Source of the DNA: an uncultured delta proteobacterium
GTDB lineage: Bacteria > Desulfobacterota > Desulfomonilia > UBA1062
Assembly (NCBI GenBank): GCA_963785235.1
Contig: CAWAUM010000001.1
Coordinates: 783,607 to 847,606 of the forward strand
Length of the DNA: 64,000 bases
Direction of reading: 5' to 3'
Below the pieces are notes generated by a model that was given only the letters and a program-made list of their open reading frames with translations, had not been told where the DNA came from and ran no database searches. A program made the translations under genes and the position numbers. Each line of letters opens with the position of its first letter. Position 1 is the first letter of the stretch. Shown here one piece after another: positions 43,432 through 53,534 of the stretch.

Positions 43432-45006
43432 GGTGTCCGTTTCCTTGTTATGGGTCCAGTAGTAGCGGTATGATCCGTTCATCAGCTCAGCCTTGATATA
43501 GCCGGCAGCAAAGTAGCCCGTAAGAACCTTGGAGGTAAAAGTTCTGTCCGTGCCGGTCTTCTTTGCAAGCGAATCCGCCAGGAGCTCAATGGGGTGCGAG
43601 TCCTCCTCGTTCCTGCAGGGGCTTTCCTCGATAAGGTCTTCGGAGAGGATTCTGTAGACGAGTTTCAGTTTGCGGTTGCCCTCAATAAGGAGATACTCGT
43701 TGTCGGTGCAGGTGCCGTCCTTGTGGTGCTGTAGCATGTCTTCCCAGATTTCATCGTTGACCCGGTCATATTCCGCCACAAAGGCCGTCATCTCTTCAGG
43801 GCTCAATTGCGAAGTCTTCACGATGGGAGAGTTGGCATCGTACAGTCTCCAGTTGTCGGTGAGTATCTCGATGTCATAGTTTTCCAGCTCTTCACGGACC
43901 GTGGTGCCCGGAAAGGGTGAGAAGAAATGGTAGCCGTAGGCGATATCCAGCTCAAGGGCGAAACGCTGCGTCTCCTGGAGGGTTTCCCTTGTCTCGCCGG
44001 GGAGCCCCACCATGAAGGAGGCATGTGGGAGGATGTCGGCCTCTTTGCAGCATTGCACGGCCTTTCGTGCCTGCTCCAAGGTGATGCCCTTGCGGATCCT
44101 CTTGAGCATCTCAGGGTTGCCCGACTCGATCCCGAAACTTACGCAATCGCAGCCGACCTCCCGCATGATCGTGAGTGTCTCCAGGTCCACGGTATTGACC
44201 CTGGCGAAAGCGCTCCAGCCAAAGGTTACACCCCTGCGCCTTATCTCGTCGCAGAGCTCTTTGACCCGTGCCTTGTTGGCCGTGAACAGGTCATCGGCAA
44301 CATTGATCCGGGTGAATCCCATTGCAAGGAGCTGCTCGATCTCGTCCACTACCAGTTTGGGGTTCCTGAAGCGGCCCTTGAAGCCGACCATGCGCCTGCC
44401 AAGACAGAAGATGCACTTGTTGGGGCAGCCCCGGCTCGTAATGATGCTCACCGGGTATCCCAGTGCCTGATAGCGGGATATGGGCAGCAGATGCCTGGCA
44501 GGCATGGGCAGGCTGTCGAGGTCATCAATGAGCTCGCGGGCTTCGGTGATAACGATTTCATCTCCATCCTTAAAGGCAATGCCCTTGATGCCGTGCCATG
44601 CCTTCCTATCATCCAGGACCGCGATGAGCTCCATTAAGGTCTGCTCGCCTTCACCCATGACGATGAGGTCAAGCTCGGGGCAGGTTTTGAACGAACCGTG
44701 GGTCTCAAAGGAGACGTGAGGTCCGCCCATCATGGTGATGATCCCGGGACGGAGCCTTTTGGCATCCTTGATGATACGCTCGGCCTGGTGGTGATTCATG
44801 GTGACCGAAGACGCACCCACCACATCGGGCTTGAATGAGTCAAGTATCTTTGAGAGCTTTTCAGGTGAATACTTGCTTACGATAAAGTCGAAGATGCGAA
44901 CGGTTGCGCCTGCGGCCTCGCAGGCCGCTGCTGCATAAGTAAGGCCCAGCGGCGGGGATGGGGCCTCTTCCAATGGATAGGGTGTGGCGATAAGTGCGAT
45001 TCTCAT
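43414..45006 (-). CDS. Cobalamin-dependent radical SAM protein
   Basis: N-terminal B12-binding domain (PPLGLTY, MGGPH, GEGE) and TSRGCPNKCIFC. Confidence 0.92.
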   Translation of the reverse strand: MRIALIATPYPLEEAPSPPLGLTYAAAACEAAGATVRIFDFIVSKYSPEKLSKILDSFKPDVVGASSVTMNHHQAERIIKDAKRLRPGIITMMGGPHVSFETHGSFKTCPELDLIVMGEGEQTLMELIAVLDDRKAWHGIKGIAFKDGDEIVITEARELIDDLDSLPMPARHLLPISRYQALGYPVSIITSRGCPNKCIFCLGRRMVGFKGRFRNPKLVVDEIEQLLAMGFTRINVADDLFTANKARVKELCDEIRRRGVTFGWSAFARVNTVDLETLTIMREVGCDCVSFGIESGNPEMLKRIRKGITLEQARKAVQCCKEADILPHASFMVGLPGETRETLQETQRFALELDIAYGYHFFSPFPGTTVREELENYDIEILTDNWRLYDANSPIVKTSQLSPEEMTAFVAEYDRVNDEIWEDMLQHHKDGTCTDNEYLLIEGNRKLKLVYRILSEDLIEESPCRNEEDSHPIELLADSLAKKTGTDRTFTSKVLTGYFAAGYIKAELMNGSYRYYWTHNKETDTLPIAF

Positions 45007-45015
45007 GTATGTCCT

Positions 45016-45737
45016 TTAGTTGTATTTTCCGGGAAAGAGAATGGATCTCATCCAGTGCAGAAGTGTGTTGCCCTGGAGCAGGTCCTTGTCGATAATGATG
45101 AAGTCCTTGGCGAGCTTCTTGGGGTCTGCGTACCACTGGCCCCGTGTTCTCATGGGCTCTTTCGGGTCAAGTTCTTTTATTACCGTTGCCGGGTTGCCCG
45201 CTGCAATGACATTGGCAGGGATATCCCGTGTGACCACGGACCCAGCGCCTATATGCTGTTGTCGCCGATGGTGACCCCTTTGCAGACAATGGAGTTGTCG
45301 CCCAGCCAGACATTGTTGCCTATGACGATTGGGCCGGTGGCGCCGATGTAGTCTGCGCGGTCATAGATGCCGTGCCAGTCGGAGTCGGTGATGTAGACGT
45401 TGCTGGCCATCATGCAGCTGTCGCCCAAGGTGATGCCGGTGGCTGCACTCATCCGCACGCCGGGACAGATGAGGCTGTACTTGCCGATTTTGATGAATCC
45501 GTCACCTTTTTCCCTGCCCCATACGGTAAGCCGCACCCGGCGGTCCGGGGTGGAAATCACGGTGGCGAAGTCGCCTAGATCGACGGGCCAGCCGAAGACC
45601 TGGACATGCCAAGGCTTCATGAAGGTGCAGCCCTTACCCAGGTGCTGGAACTGGGGCCTCAGGAAGTGTTCCACGTACCACTTGCGGAAATTGAGGTCGA
45701 GCCTCTTGAGGTAATATGGCCGGTAATCCTTTCGCAA
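45016..45737 (-). CDS. Hexapeptide-repeat acyltransferase (frameshift near 45250)
   Basis: ITDSDWH, IGNNVWLG, KGVTIGDNS and GAGSVVTRDIPANVIAAGNPA. Confidence 0.88.
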
Positions 45738-45741
45738 GGTT

Positions 45742-46875
45742 TTAGGCCCTCATATCCATGGCGTCCGAATAGAACGCCTTCTTGATGCTGAAGATGGGAT
45801 GGTGCTTTTTGAGAAAGCGGTACATGTGGGATTTGGCGCTTTCGCCTGCTGCCCAGAATGAGTGGTTGAAGAGCTGGGACGCCGGGGTGATGTGGTAGAT
45901 GGCGTCCGTGGCCATCATGACTGCCGAGTTTGTCCAGGTGAGCTTCTCTTCAGGCCAGATGACCATGTCCGGGAAGGTGAAGCCGCACCAGAAGGTGCCG
46001 TTGTCGTGTTTCTTGTTCTTGATCCAGCTCAGGACGGTGGCAGCCTTTTCGATTTCGCCCATGGCGGCCAGCGTCAGGATGAGCTCGGAGGTCTCGGCAA
46101 CGGTAACCCATGGGTTGTCGGAGACACACCGTGTGCCGAGTCCTTCCACCATGAACTTGTTCCAGAACTTGTCGATGCGCTTCTTTGCCTCGCCCCCGGT
46201 AACAGCGCCACAGAGTACGGGATAAAACCAGTCCATGGAAAAGCGTGCCTTGGTGCGGTCAAAGAGGTGGGGACGGTAGCGCAGCGCATCGCCCAGCCTC
46301 TGCAGTGCCGATTGCCACGTGGGTCTGCTCTCTCCGAGCAGCAGGGCGAGGACGAGCGCGCACTTGAGGCTCATGAAGATGGAGCTGCATCCGGTGAGCA
46401 GTGCATTCGGGTCTTTGATTCCCAGGTAGTTCCTGGCCCAGTAGATCTCGCCGCCCGGAGCCTGGAGGTCCACGGCATAGTCGATCCCGGCAGAGACGGT
46501 GGGCCAGATATATTCGAGGAACGGCCTGTCCTGGGTGATGAGATAGTGGTGGAATACACCCACTGCGATGTATGACGACATATTGGATTCTTTTGTGAGG
46601 TCTTCGGGTATGCCGTTTATATAGGATGAGTGCCAGCTGCCGTCTTCAAGCTGAATGGATGCAAGCCATTCAAAGGCCTTGCGGGCCTCTTCGTAGTAGC
46701 CGCCGATGGTCAGCCCGATGGCCGCTTCCACATGGTCCCACGGGTCGGTCTTTCCCCCATCGTGCCAGGGGATCTCGCCTGTCGACCTCTGCTCTTTGGC
46801 TATGGATGAGGCCAGGGTCTCGATATCGATGGGCAGGTCCTGCTTTGAAATGGAAGGGGAAGAGTCATGTTCCAT
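45742..46875 (-). CDS. Prenyltransferase/squalene-cyclase-like alpha-alpha barrel protein
   Basis: QW-type repeats (Q.STGEIPW, QLEDGSW, QAPGGEIYW), DPWDHVEAA, FSMDWFYP and PWVTVAET. Confidence 0.78.
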   Translation of the reverse strand: MEHDSSPSISKQDLPIDIETLASSIAKEQRSTGEIPWHDGGKTDPWDHVEAAIGLTIGGYYEEARKAFEWLASIQLEDGSWHSSYINGIPEDLTKESNMSSYIAVGVFHHYLITQDRPFLEYIWPTVSAGIDYAVDLQAPGGEIYWARNYLGIKDPNALLTGCSSIFMSLKCALVLALLLGESRPTWQSALQRLGDALRYRPHLFDRTKARFSMDWFYPVLCGAVTGGEAKKRIDKFWNKFMVEGLGTRCVSDNPWVTVAETSELILTLAAMGEIEKAATVLSWIKNKKHDNGTFWCGFTFPDMVIWPEEKLTWTNSAVMMATDAIYHITPASQLFNHSFWAAGESAKSHMYRFLKKHHPIFSIKKAFYSDAMDMRA

Positions 46876-47591
46876 AGGAATCACCTTTCTTCAAATAAAG
46901 TACAATGCTCTTGGCAATGAGAGGATTCAAGAGCCTGTCCAAGGTCCTTGTCAGCAGGGGTTTCTTCATGATGTCCCAGACAAGGAACTTGTGATAGAGC
47001 TTTACGGGCAAGGCATTGTCATTTTTATGGCCTGCCATGCACTTGATCCACCAGTAGGGGCTGTGCAGGGCATGTGCCCAGCCCATGTCAATACAAGTAG
47101 CCCCTGCTCTGTGCAAAAGGCTGATGAGTTCATTCTTGCGGTAAATCCTTATATGGCCGCCCTCTTCATTGTGATAGGCCTCCGAGAGTGCCCAGCATAT
47201 ACGCTCGGGCAGATATCTCGGTACGCTCACTACCAGAGATTTCCCGGGTTTGAGTACCCGGATGATCTCTTTCATCGCCGAGGTATGGTCAGGGATGTGT
47301 TCGAGCACCTCAGAGCAGATCACAATGTCGAAGGAGGCGTCTGTGAACGGGAGCCTGGTGACATCGCTCACCATAACGAGCGCTGCACCACCGCCGTCTT
47401 CGCCCTCGTGCCGCATCATCTTCGTTGAGTTGTAGGGCCTTGAGTGCATCGTCCTTTTTCAGGTCGATCCCCACAACGCTCACCCCTTTGGCGCGGAAGG
47501 CTTCACTCAGATGGCGTCCGGCGCCGCATCCGGCATCGAGGACCTTTGTCCCGGGGCTAAGTTCGAGTTTACTGAAGTCAACGGTGAGCAA
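46865..47591 (-). CDS. Class I SAM methyltransferase (frameshift near 47430)
   Basis: TTG start MLTVDF, then LDAGCGAGRH, ICSEVLEH, GGHIRIY and HALHSPYWW. Confidence 0.88.
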
Positions 47592-48874
47592 GGATAGCCT
47601 CCCGGTAAACCTCCACCACCTGCCTGGCGGTATTGAGCCAGGTGAAGTTCTTTCTTGCCCGGTCGTATCCGGCCTCGGCAAGGCGCGTGCGTTTGCCCGG
47701 ATTGTCCAGAAGATCAATGATGGCAGCCTCGAGGGCCTTGGCGTCACCCGGAGGGACCAGAACGCCTGTATCACCTACCACCTCGGGCAGGGCGCCTCCT
47801 GTGGTGCTTATGACCGGTACCTTGCAGGCCATGGCTTCGCCTGCAGGCAAACCGAAGCCCTCATAGATGGAGGGGACTACTGCCATGGTAGTCCTGGCAT
47901 AGTAATGGGCGAATTCAGAGTCTTCAATGCGGCCGGTGAAGGTGATGTAGTCGTGTGCGTTCAGGTTTTTTACCAGCTTGTCGATGACGCCGTCTTTTTT
48001 GGGCGCTCCGATGACGGTTAAATGAACATCGCGGTTCTTCCTGATGGAGGCCACTGCTTCAATGAGGAAGCGCAGGCCCTTGAGCGGCGTGTCGGCGCTG
48101 TTGGTGACCATGATCTGATTGTCCAGCCTTTTCACGCCGGGCAGGGTATGGAAGATGTCCGTATTGATGCCGTTGGCGACCACCCTGAACTTCTCGCGGG
48201 GGATAGAGAAGGCTGAACTGATGTCGGTCTTTGATGCCTCGGATACTGTAATGATATGGGAAAGTCTCCCGTGAGACTCTTCCCTGCATGCTCAGGAAAG
48301 AATACCACCTGCGCACCTTCCATTTACGCCAGAAGACCTTTTCGGATTCAATCTCCACGTCACGGTCCACGGTGATGGGGTGGTGGATGGTAGCGACAGT
48401 AGGGATACCCAATGCCTTGATCCCTAAGATGCCATAGCCCAGACACTGGTTGTCATGCACTATATCGTAACGATGACGGTTCTCCCGCATGAAATTGAAG
48501 TAGCGTATGGAGTTCGTAAAGGGTTCCGGGAAACCCCCGCTGGAAACACCGAACCATTCGAGTATGTTGATGGGGGATCTCAGCTCCTCAGGCTCGGAAG
48601 GCGGAAGAGGTCGTCAGGATTGTAGAGGTCGAGGCTCGGCAATGTATGGAGCGGGATATCCTCATCGATTATCGGATAAGGGGGGCCTGAGACAACCTCC
48701 ACCATTGTGGCCGAGATCTTTGAGTGCCCGGCTCAGCCTCTTGATGTACACCCCCTGACCGCCACTGGTGGGTTTGCCGCGGTAGGTATAGAGACAGATA
48801 TTCAGAGGTGCGTCCGTTATACGCCTGCGTGCCCCTGGGGAGAAACTTTCTTGGGTTGCGGTTATCGGTGACAT
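47578..48874 (-). CDS. GT4 (GT-B) glycosyltransferase (3 or more apparent frameshifts)
   Basis: YRGKPTSGGQGVY, HDNQCLG, TIHHPITVD, SADTPLKG and PSIYEGFGLPAGEAMAC across fragments. Confidence 0.88.
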
Positions 48875-49071
48875 GGCGCTAATACATCCTTTGTAAAAAA
48901 ATATGCCCGGACAAAATTATGCATGCAATTCATGGGCAGGTGAGCATCCTAGCAACTCTGCGCTCTCAAAGCAAGGAAATTTCTGATCATTCTACCGATA
49001 GAAACAAGTCGAGAGACACGATGGCCTCCATGGTTCAGGGTTTTACTGCATGTAACCGATCAGGAGAACAT

Positions 49072-49278
49072 ATGGACATGACAACTTCACTACTCTTAGG
49101 CGTGTTGTTCGGTTCGATCGGTATGGGTTATTGCGTTTACGGCAAAAAACAGCGCAAAGGCATGGCATTGTTTTCAGGGATTGCCTTGTGTATCTTTCCC
49201 TATTGTGTGTCCAATATCTTTTTATTTGTACTTATCGGAATGGTGCTCATGGTGTTGCCGTTCTTCATACGGTACTGA
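49072..49278 (+). CDS. Small membrane protein
   Basis: LFGSIGMGYCVYGKKQ...LCIFPY; RBS AGGAG. Confidence 0.72.
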   Translation: MDMTTSLLLGVLFGSIGMGYCVYGKKQRKGMALFSGIALCIFPYCVSNIFLFVLIGMVLMVLPFFIRY

Positions 49279-49380
49279 GTTGAGGCTAAGCGTAGATTAT
49301 ATCTGAGAACGTATCCTTTTCAGCCTTTCTTGCGAGCGAACATCTATCGAAGGAATGTTCACTTCATGCATAGTGACGAT

Positions 49381-49493
49381 CTTGGCATGTAATCTATAGT
49401 TTTCCATGCCCACCTTTTGTGATGATTATGGAAAATAATCTATGATTTGGAATGATCCTTGGACTTGGCATGTAATCTGTTATTTTCCATGCC
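49381..49493. repeat. Two 30-bp direct repeats, each with palindromic ends
   Basis: CTTGGCATGTAATCTATAGTTTTCCATGCC (49381) and CTTGGCATGTAATCTGTTATTTTCCATGCC (49464). Confidence 0.8.
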
Positions 49494-49533
49494 GGGAAAT
49501 TGCTGTTTATAATTTGATTTAGTGAGTAGAATT

Positions 49534-52500
49534 CTATTTCTGCATTCCAAGAGCCTTCATACGGGAGTAAAGGCTTGTGCGCTTCATGCCAAGGATTTCG
49601 GCCGCGCCGCCGGGTCCGCTGACCTTGCCCTTTGTATATTCGAAGACGTGCCTGATATATCGGCACTGCAGTTCATCAAGCGTGGGCAGGTCATCGAAGG
49701 TCCCTTTTGTGCCTGCCTGGGGACCTGCGGGAGAACAGCGGTATCTGAAGCTCGGTGCCTTTCGAGAGGATGACTGCCCGCTCGATGACATTCTGCAGCT
49801 CCCGGACATTGCCGGGCCAGGCATAGTTCATCAGCATGCGGAGGTCTTTCCGGGAAAGTTCAAGACCGGTCCGGCCATACTTCCTTGCATAGAGTTCAAC
49901 AAAATACCTCGCCAGCTCCATGATGTCATCTTCACGTTCCCTCAGCGGCGGCATGGATAGGGGAAAGACATTAAGGCGGTAGTAGAGGTCTTCCCGGAAA
50001 TGGCCTGAAGCTACCTCGTCCCTCAGGTTACGGTTTGTGGCTGCGAGAAGACGAAAATCAGATCTGATGGCCCGTCCGCCGCCTATCCTGACAAAGGTCT
50101 TCTCCTCCAGGGTCTTGAGAAGCTTTGTCTGGAGAATGAGAGGAAGCTCCCCGATCTCATCGAGGAAAAGAGTCCCTTCATGAGCCAGCTCGACACGCCC
50201 AAGCTTCTGTTTGTCAGCCCCGGTGAAGGCACCCTTCTCATAACCGAACAGCTCGCTCTCCACAAGGTTCTCCGGGATAGTCGTGCAGTCCACCACGATG
50301 AACGGTCCATCCGATCGGCGGCTGTTTTCGTGGACCCAACGGGCGAACACTCCTTTGCCGGTGCCGGTCTCTCCCAGAAGGAGCACTGTCGTGTCCGTCG
50401 AAGCCACCTGGCCTGCCATGGACATCTGTTCTCTCATGACCCGCGACTTGGCGATGAGCTGAGACTTATTGAACTCCTGCTGCGAGGTGACTCGTTCCCT
50501 CGACAACTTATCCTTCTCATCCCTGATTCTCATGGTACTCAGGAGAAAATCGACCATGTCGGACGTGTGCCTGCCCAGGAGCGTCATCATCGCAGGGTCA
50601 AGGAAATCGAAAGCATCGGGCATGTAGGAATTGTCATGGTACAGGACGCCACGCGTCATACCCTGCACCTCAAAAGGTATGCACAGGACAGACCTGATCT
50701 TTTCGCCCTTTTTTGTGCTGTCAAAAGCATCGTTCCTGACAACCAGAGGCTTGTTGGTTCGGAATGCCTTGAGTACATGCTCCATATACGGTTTGAACCG
50801 GGGTGATTCCACCTCCTCTTTTGTCAGATTGCTAGCCGCCCGCAGCTCCGGGTTTCTGGTGTAATTGCCCTCGGCAAACCAGAAGAGGCCACCCCGCTCG
50901 GCGCCGAAGAACCGGTTCGTGGAGCTGATGGTCTTGTTCAGTGTCTCTTCCTGGCCCATGCTGGATTTTATGGAGGCCATCTCCTCGAAATATTGCTTGA
51001 GATAATCGTCCCTGGCAGATTGCATATCCGGCGCAACCTGTTTTTTCTCTAGGAGTGCCTTATACTGGTCCGGGAAGAAATCGGCTGCATGTCCGCCGAA
51101 CATGCGCCAAGCCTCCTGTGCATATCCCCGTGCTGCTTCCTTGTTGTTGTGGAGGAGCTCGAGGTGTGCCATCTCGAGGACTGTTTTTGCCAGCTGTATG
51201 TGGTTCCCTGACAGTTCAAGGCATGTCTTGCTGGCTTCAAGGTCGGCCATTATCTGCCCTTTCTCAGCGTTCCCCTGGTCCATCTTCTCCCGGGCCCTCA
51301 GGCGCAAGGCCACGCCTCTCAGGTGCACATTGATCCCGTTGAGGGTTGTTTCCATGGTGTCGGAATAATTCCAGTACGGGAGCGGCTTGAATCCTTGCCG
51401 ATGGAACTCATAGAAGATCTCGAGGATCCAGGGCGATGAGTACTGCTGGATGAGCCCTTCCTGCATAGCCTTTTCAACCGTATCCTTCATGGCCTCATGG
51501 CTCTTTTTCAGGTCACCGGTCATGAAATAGAGAAGGGCAAGACCGCCCCCGGAATAATGGTATCCAAAGGCGTTGTGGCTGTCTATGGACTCCTGCCTGG
51601 CCTTTTTAAGATGGAACTCCGCCTCATGGAATTTTCTCACCAGGATAAGCGTTGTGCCCAGCACGCTCCTCAAGACCGAGGCCAGGGATTTGTTGGATTT
51701 CTCCTCGGCCAGGCGGAGGTTGGAATCGAGGAACCCGAAGGCTCGATGGAACTGGCCGAGGTACAGTGCGCTGTAGCTGAAGAGGATATAGGTCAGTGTC
51801 TGGATAGTCTCTTCATTGATGTCGATAAGGTTTTCCAGATGCTCCAGGTGCTGCATCACTTCCCTAAACTGGCCCTTCATAAAATAAAACAGCCCGATGA
51901 ACTCAGCAGATTGGGTGAGAATATCTTCATCACCCAGCTCATTTACTTCCTCCAAGCCGACAGACAATGCGACGAACGCTTCATCCCTTCGTCCTGTGAA
52001 ATAGTAGAGCATGCCCATATGGAGGTTGATCAGGGCCTGGGAACGTTTATCACCCAAACTGGTCGCCAGAGCCTGGGCTGTATTCCAGGATCTCGCCCAG
52101 TTCGGTAATTCCCCTGCCCATGACATAGCAGAGGTTCGAGAGCTTCAAGGCTCGGGAAATGTAGAGAGCACTGGTCTCCATGTCCAGATCCAGTTTTTTC
52201 AGTCTGGTGACGGCCCTCAGAAGGTGGGTGTGAACTGTCTCGAGATGTTTGCCTTTTGCCAGTTCCCTATCCGCCAAATCGAATTCCACCCTGCTGGCCT
52301 CGATGTCCCTTCCTGCCTTTTCCAGAAGGCCGATGAGAACCTGCGGGTCAAGTTCCCTGTCGATCTTCTGTGCATAGGCTATGTCCACCAGTGCCGAGAG
52401 GTGGTTCTTCGAATTCATACCCTTGATCTTTTTTACAACTGCCTTAGGCAGCGAAGTGCCCAGTGAAAACACGTCATTGCTGTCCTGCATGAGCAAGCCT

Positions 52501-52655
52501 GGGTCTGCTGTCTTCTTCAAAAGATCAATGAGCTGTCTGGCTGTAAGAGGAGCCAGGGCATCGAGAATGTTGATATGCGCAACACCACCCAGAGCATCAA
52601 GGGCAGTAAGAAATTTCCATTGCTCCAAAGCAAGGTCCGGATATGGCTCATTCAT
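49534..52655 (-). CDS. Very large sigma54 enhancer-binding protein (helical/TPR-like N-terminus, GAF, AAA+, HTH); frameshifts near 52100 and 49740
   Basis: GAF-like [38 protein letters not shown] and [10 protein letters not shown]; the [20 protein letters not shown] lies in a shifted frame. Confidence 0.88.
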
Positions 52656-52814
52656 GGTTCACCTCTCAATAGTAAGATTTAAAATAACAACCTTTCAGAA
52701 TAAATCAACAGGTATTCTGTCTTAATAAAGTCAATTAATGTCTTAATAAAAACTAACAACATTGCTAATATTTATATGTCAAGTATATTCAATTAGTTAC
52801 TAATAATATTAGTT

Positions 52815-52830
52815 TGGCATAACCCTTGCT
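52815..52830 (+). promoter_or_regulatory. sigma54 promoter for the catabolic operon
   Basis: TGGCATAACCCTTGCT (GG-N10-GC). An IHF-like ATTCAATTAGTTA lies at 52787, and the repeat TGTCTTAATAAA occurs at 52718 and 52739. Confidence 0.8.
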
Positions 52831-52881
52831 CATAAGAATGCACATAGGACAAGCGATCTTAATAAGGCGGACGTATCTACC

Positions 52882-53016
52882 ATGATCAAATTGAGTCGCA
52901 GAGAGATCATCGAAGAGCTCATGAGGCAGGGTGTTCACGGGTTGTCGAGAATGAAGTTCGAGTGTCGCCGGTTTGAGAGTTACTGGGAAGAACGCATGGC
53001 TCAACTGGCATGCTGA
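52882..53016 (+). CDS. Putative 44-aa small protein, first ORF after the sigma54 promoter
   Basis: MIKLSRREIIEELMRQGVHGLSRMKFECRRFESYWEERMAQLAC*; AAGGCGG upstream; below the ORF-track length cutoff. Confidence 0.55.
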   Translation: MIKLSRREIIEELMRQGVHGLSRMKFECRRFESYWEERMAQLAC

Positions 53017-53124
53017 ATAAAATCTAAGAAAGGAGCTCTTGAGTATTCAGGTCTTACCAAAAAAGCGGGTTTCTATGCAACTAATTATTATAAAAGGCTT
53101 TTAAAAAATTCAAAGGGGGAATGT

Positions 53125-53523
53125 ATGGCAATATTTACCAAAAAAGTAGCGGAAGAACTGTTCGGCGAACTCTGGACAAGGATGATAAAGGAGTTCGGAT
53201 TCGGGACTAGTCTCAAGGAGTCGGGAATATCAATTTACTTTGTCGTGACTGACCCCGATATGGTCATGTTTGTCGATGAAAACGGCCCCATCTTCGGTGC
53301 TGAGGCGGAGAAGAAAATGCCTGTGGTCACCATGAAGATGAAAGGCGACATCGTACATAAATTCTGGTTGAAAGACCTGAACGTCCCCATGGCACTGGCT
53401 CTGCGCCAGGTCGTGGCAAAGGGACCGGTAAACAAGGTACTGCAGCTTCTGCCCCTTATGAAACCTGGTATGGAGATATATCCCGAGTACTGCAAGAAGT
53501 TCAACCTGCCTTTGAAAGGTTAA
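53125..53523 (+). CDS. SCP2 sterol/lipid-carrier-like protein
   Basis: VTMKMKGDIVHKFW...NVPMALALRQVVAKGP..KVLQLLP matches the SCP2 C-terminal pattern. Confidence 0.75.
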   Translation: MAIFTKKVAEELFGELWTRMIKEFGFGTSLKESGISIYFVVTDPDMVMFVDENGPIFGAEAEKKMPVVTMKMKGDIVHKFWLKDLNVPMALALRQVVAKGPVNKVLQLLPLMKPGMEIYPEYCKKFNLPLKG

Positions 53524-53534
53524 GGGGGCCAGAC

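Noticed and set aside
49381-49493. Mini CRISPR array
   Set aside because: Only two imperfect repeats, a 53-nt spacer that itself resembles the repeat, and no cas genes.
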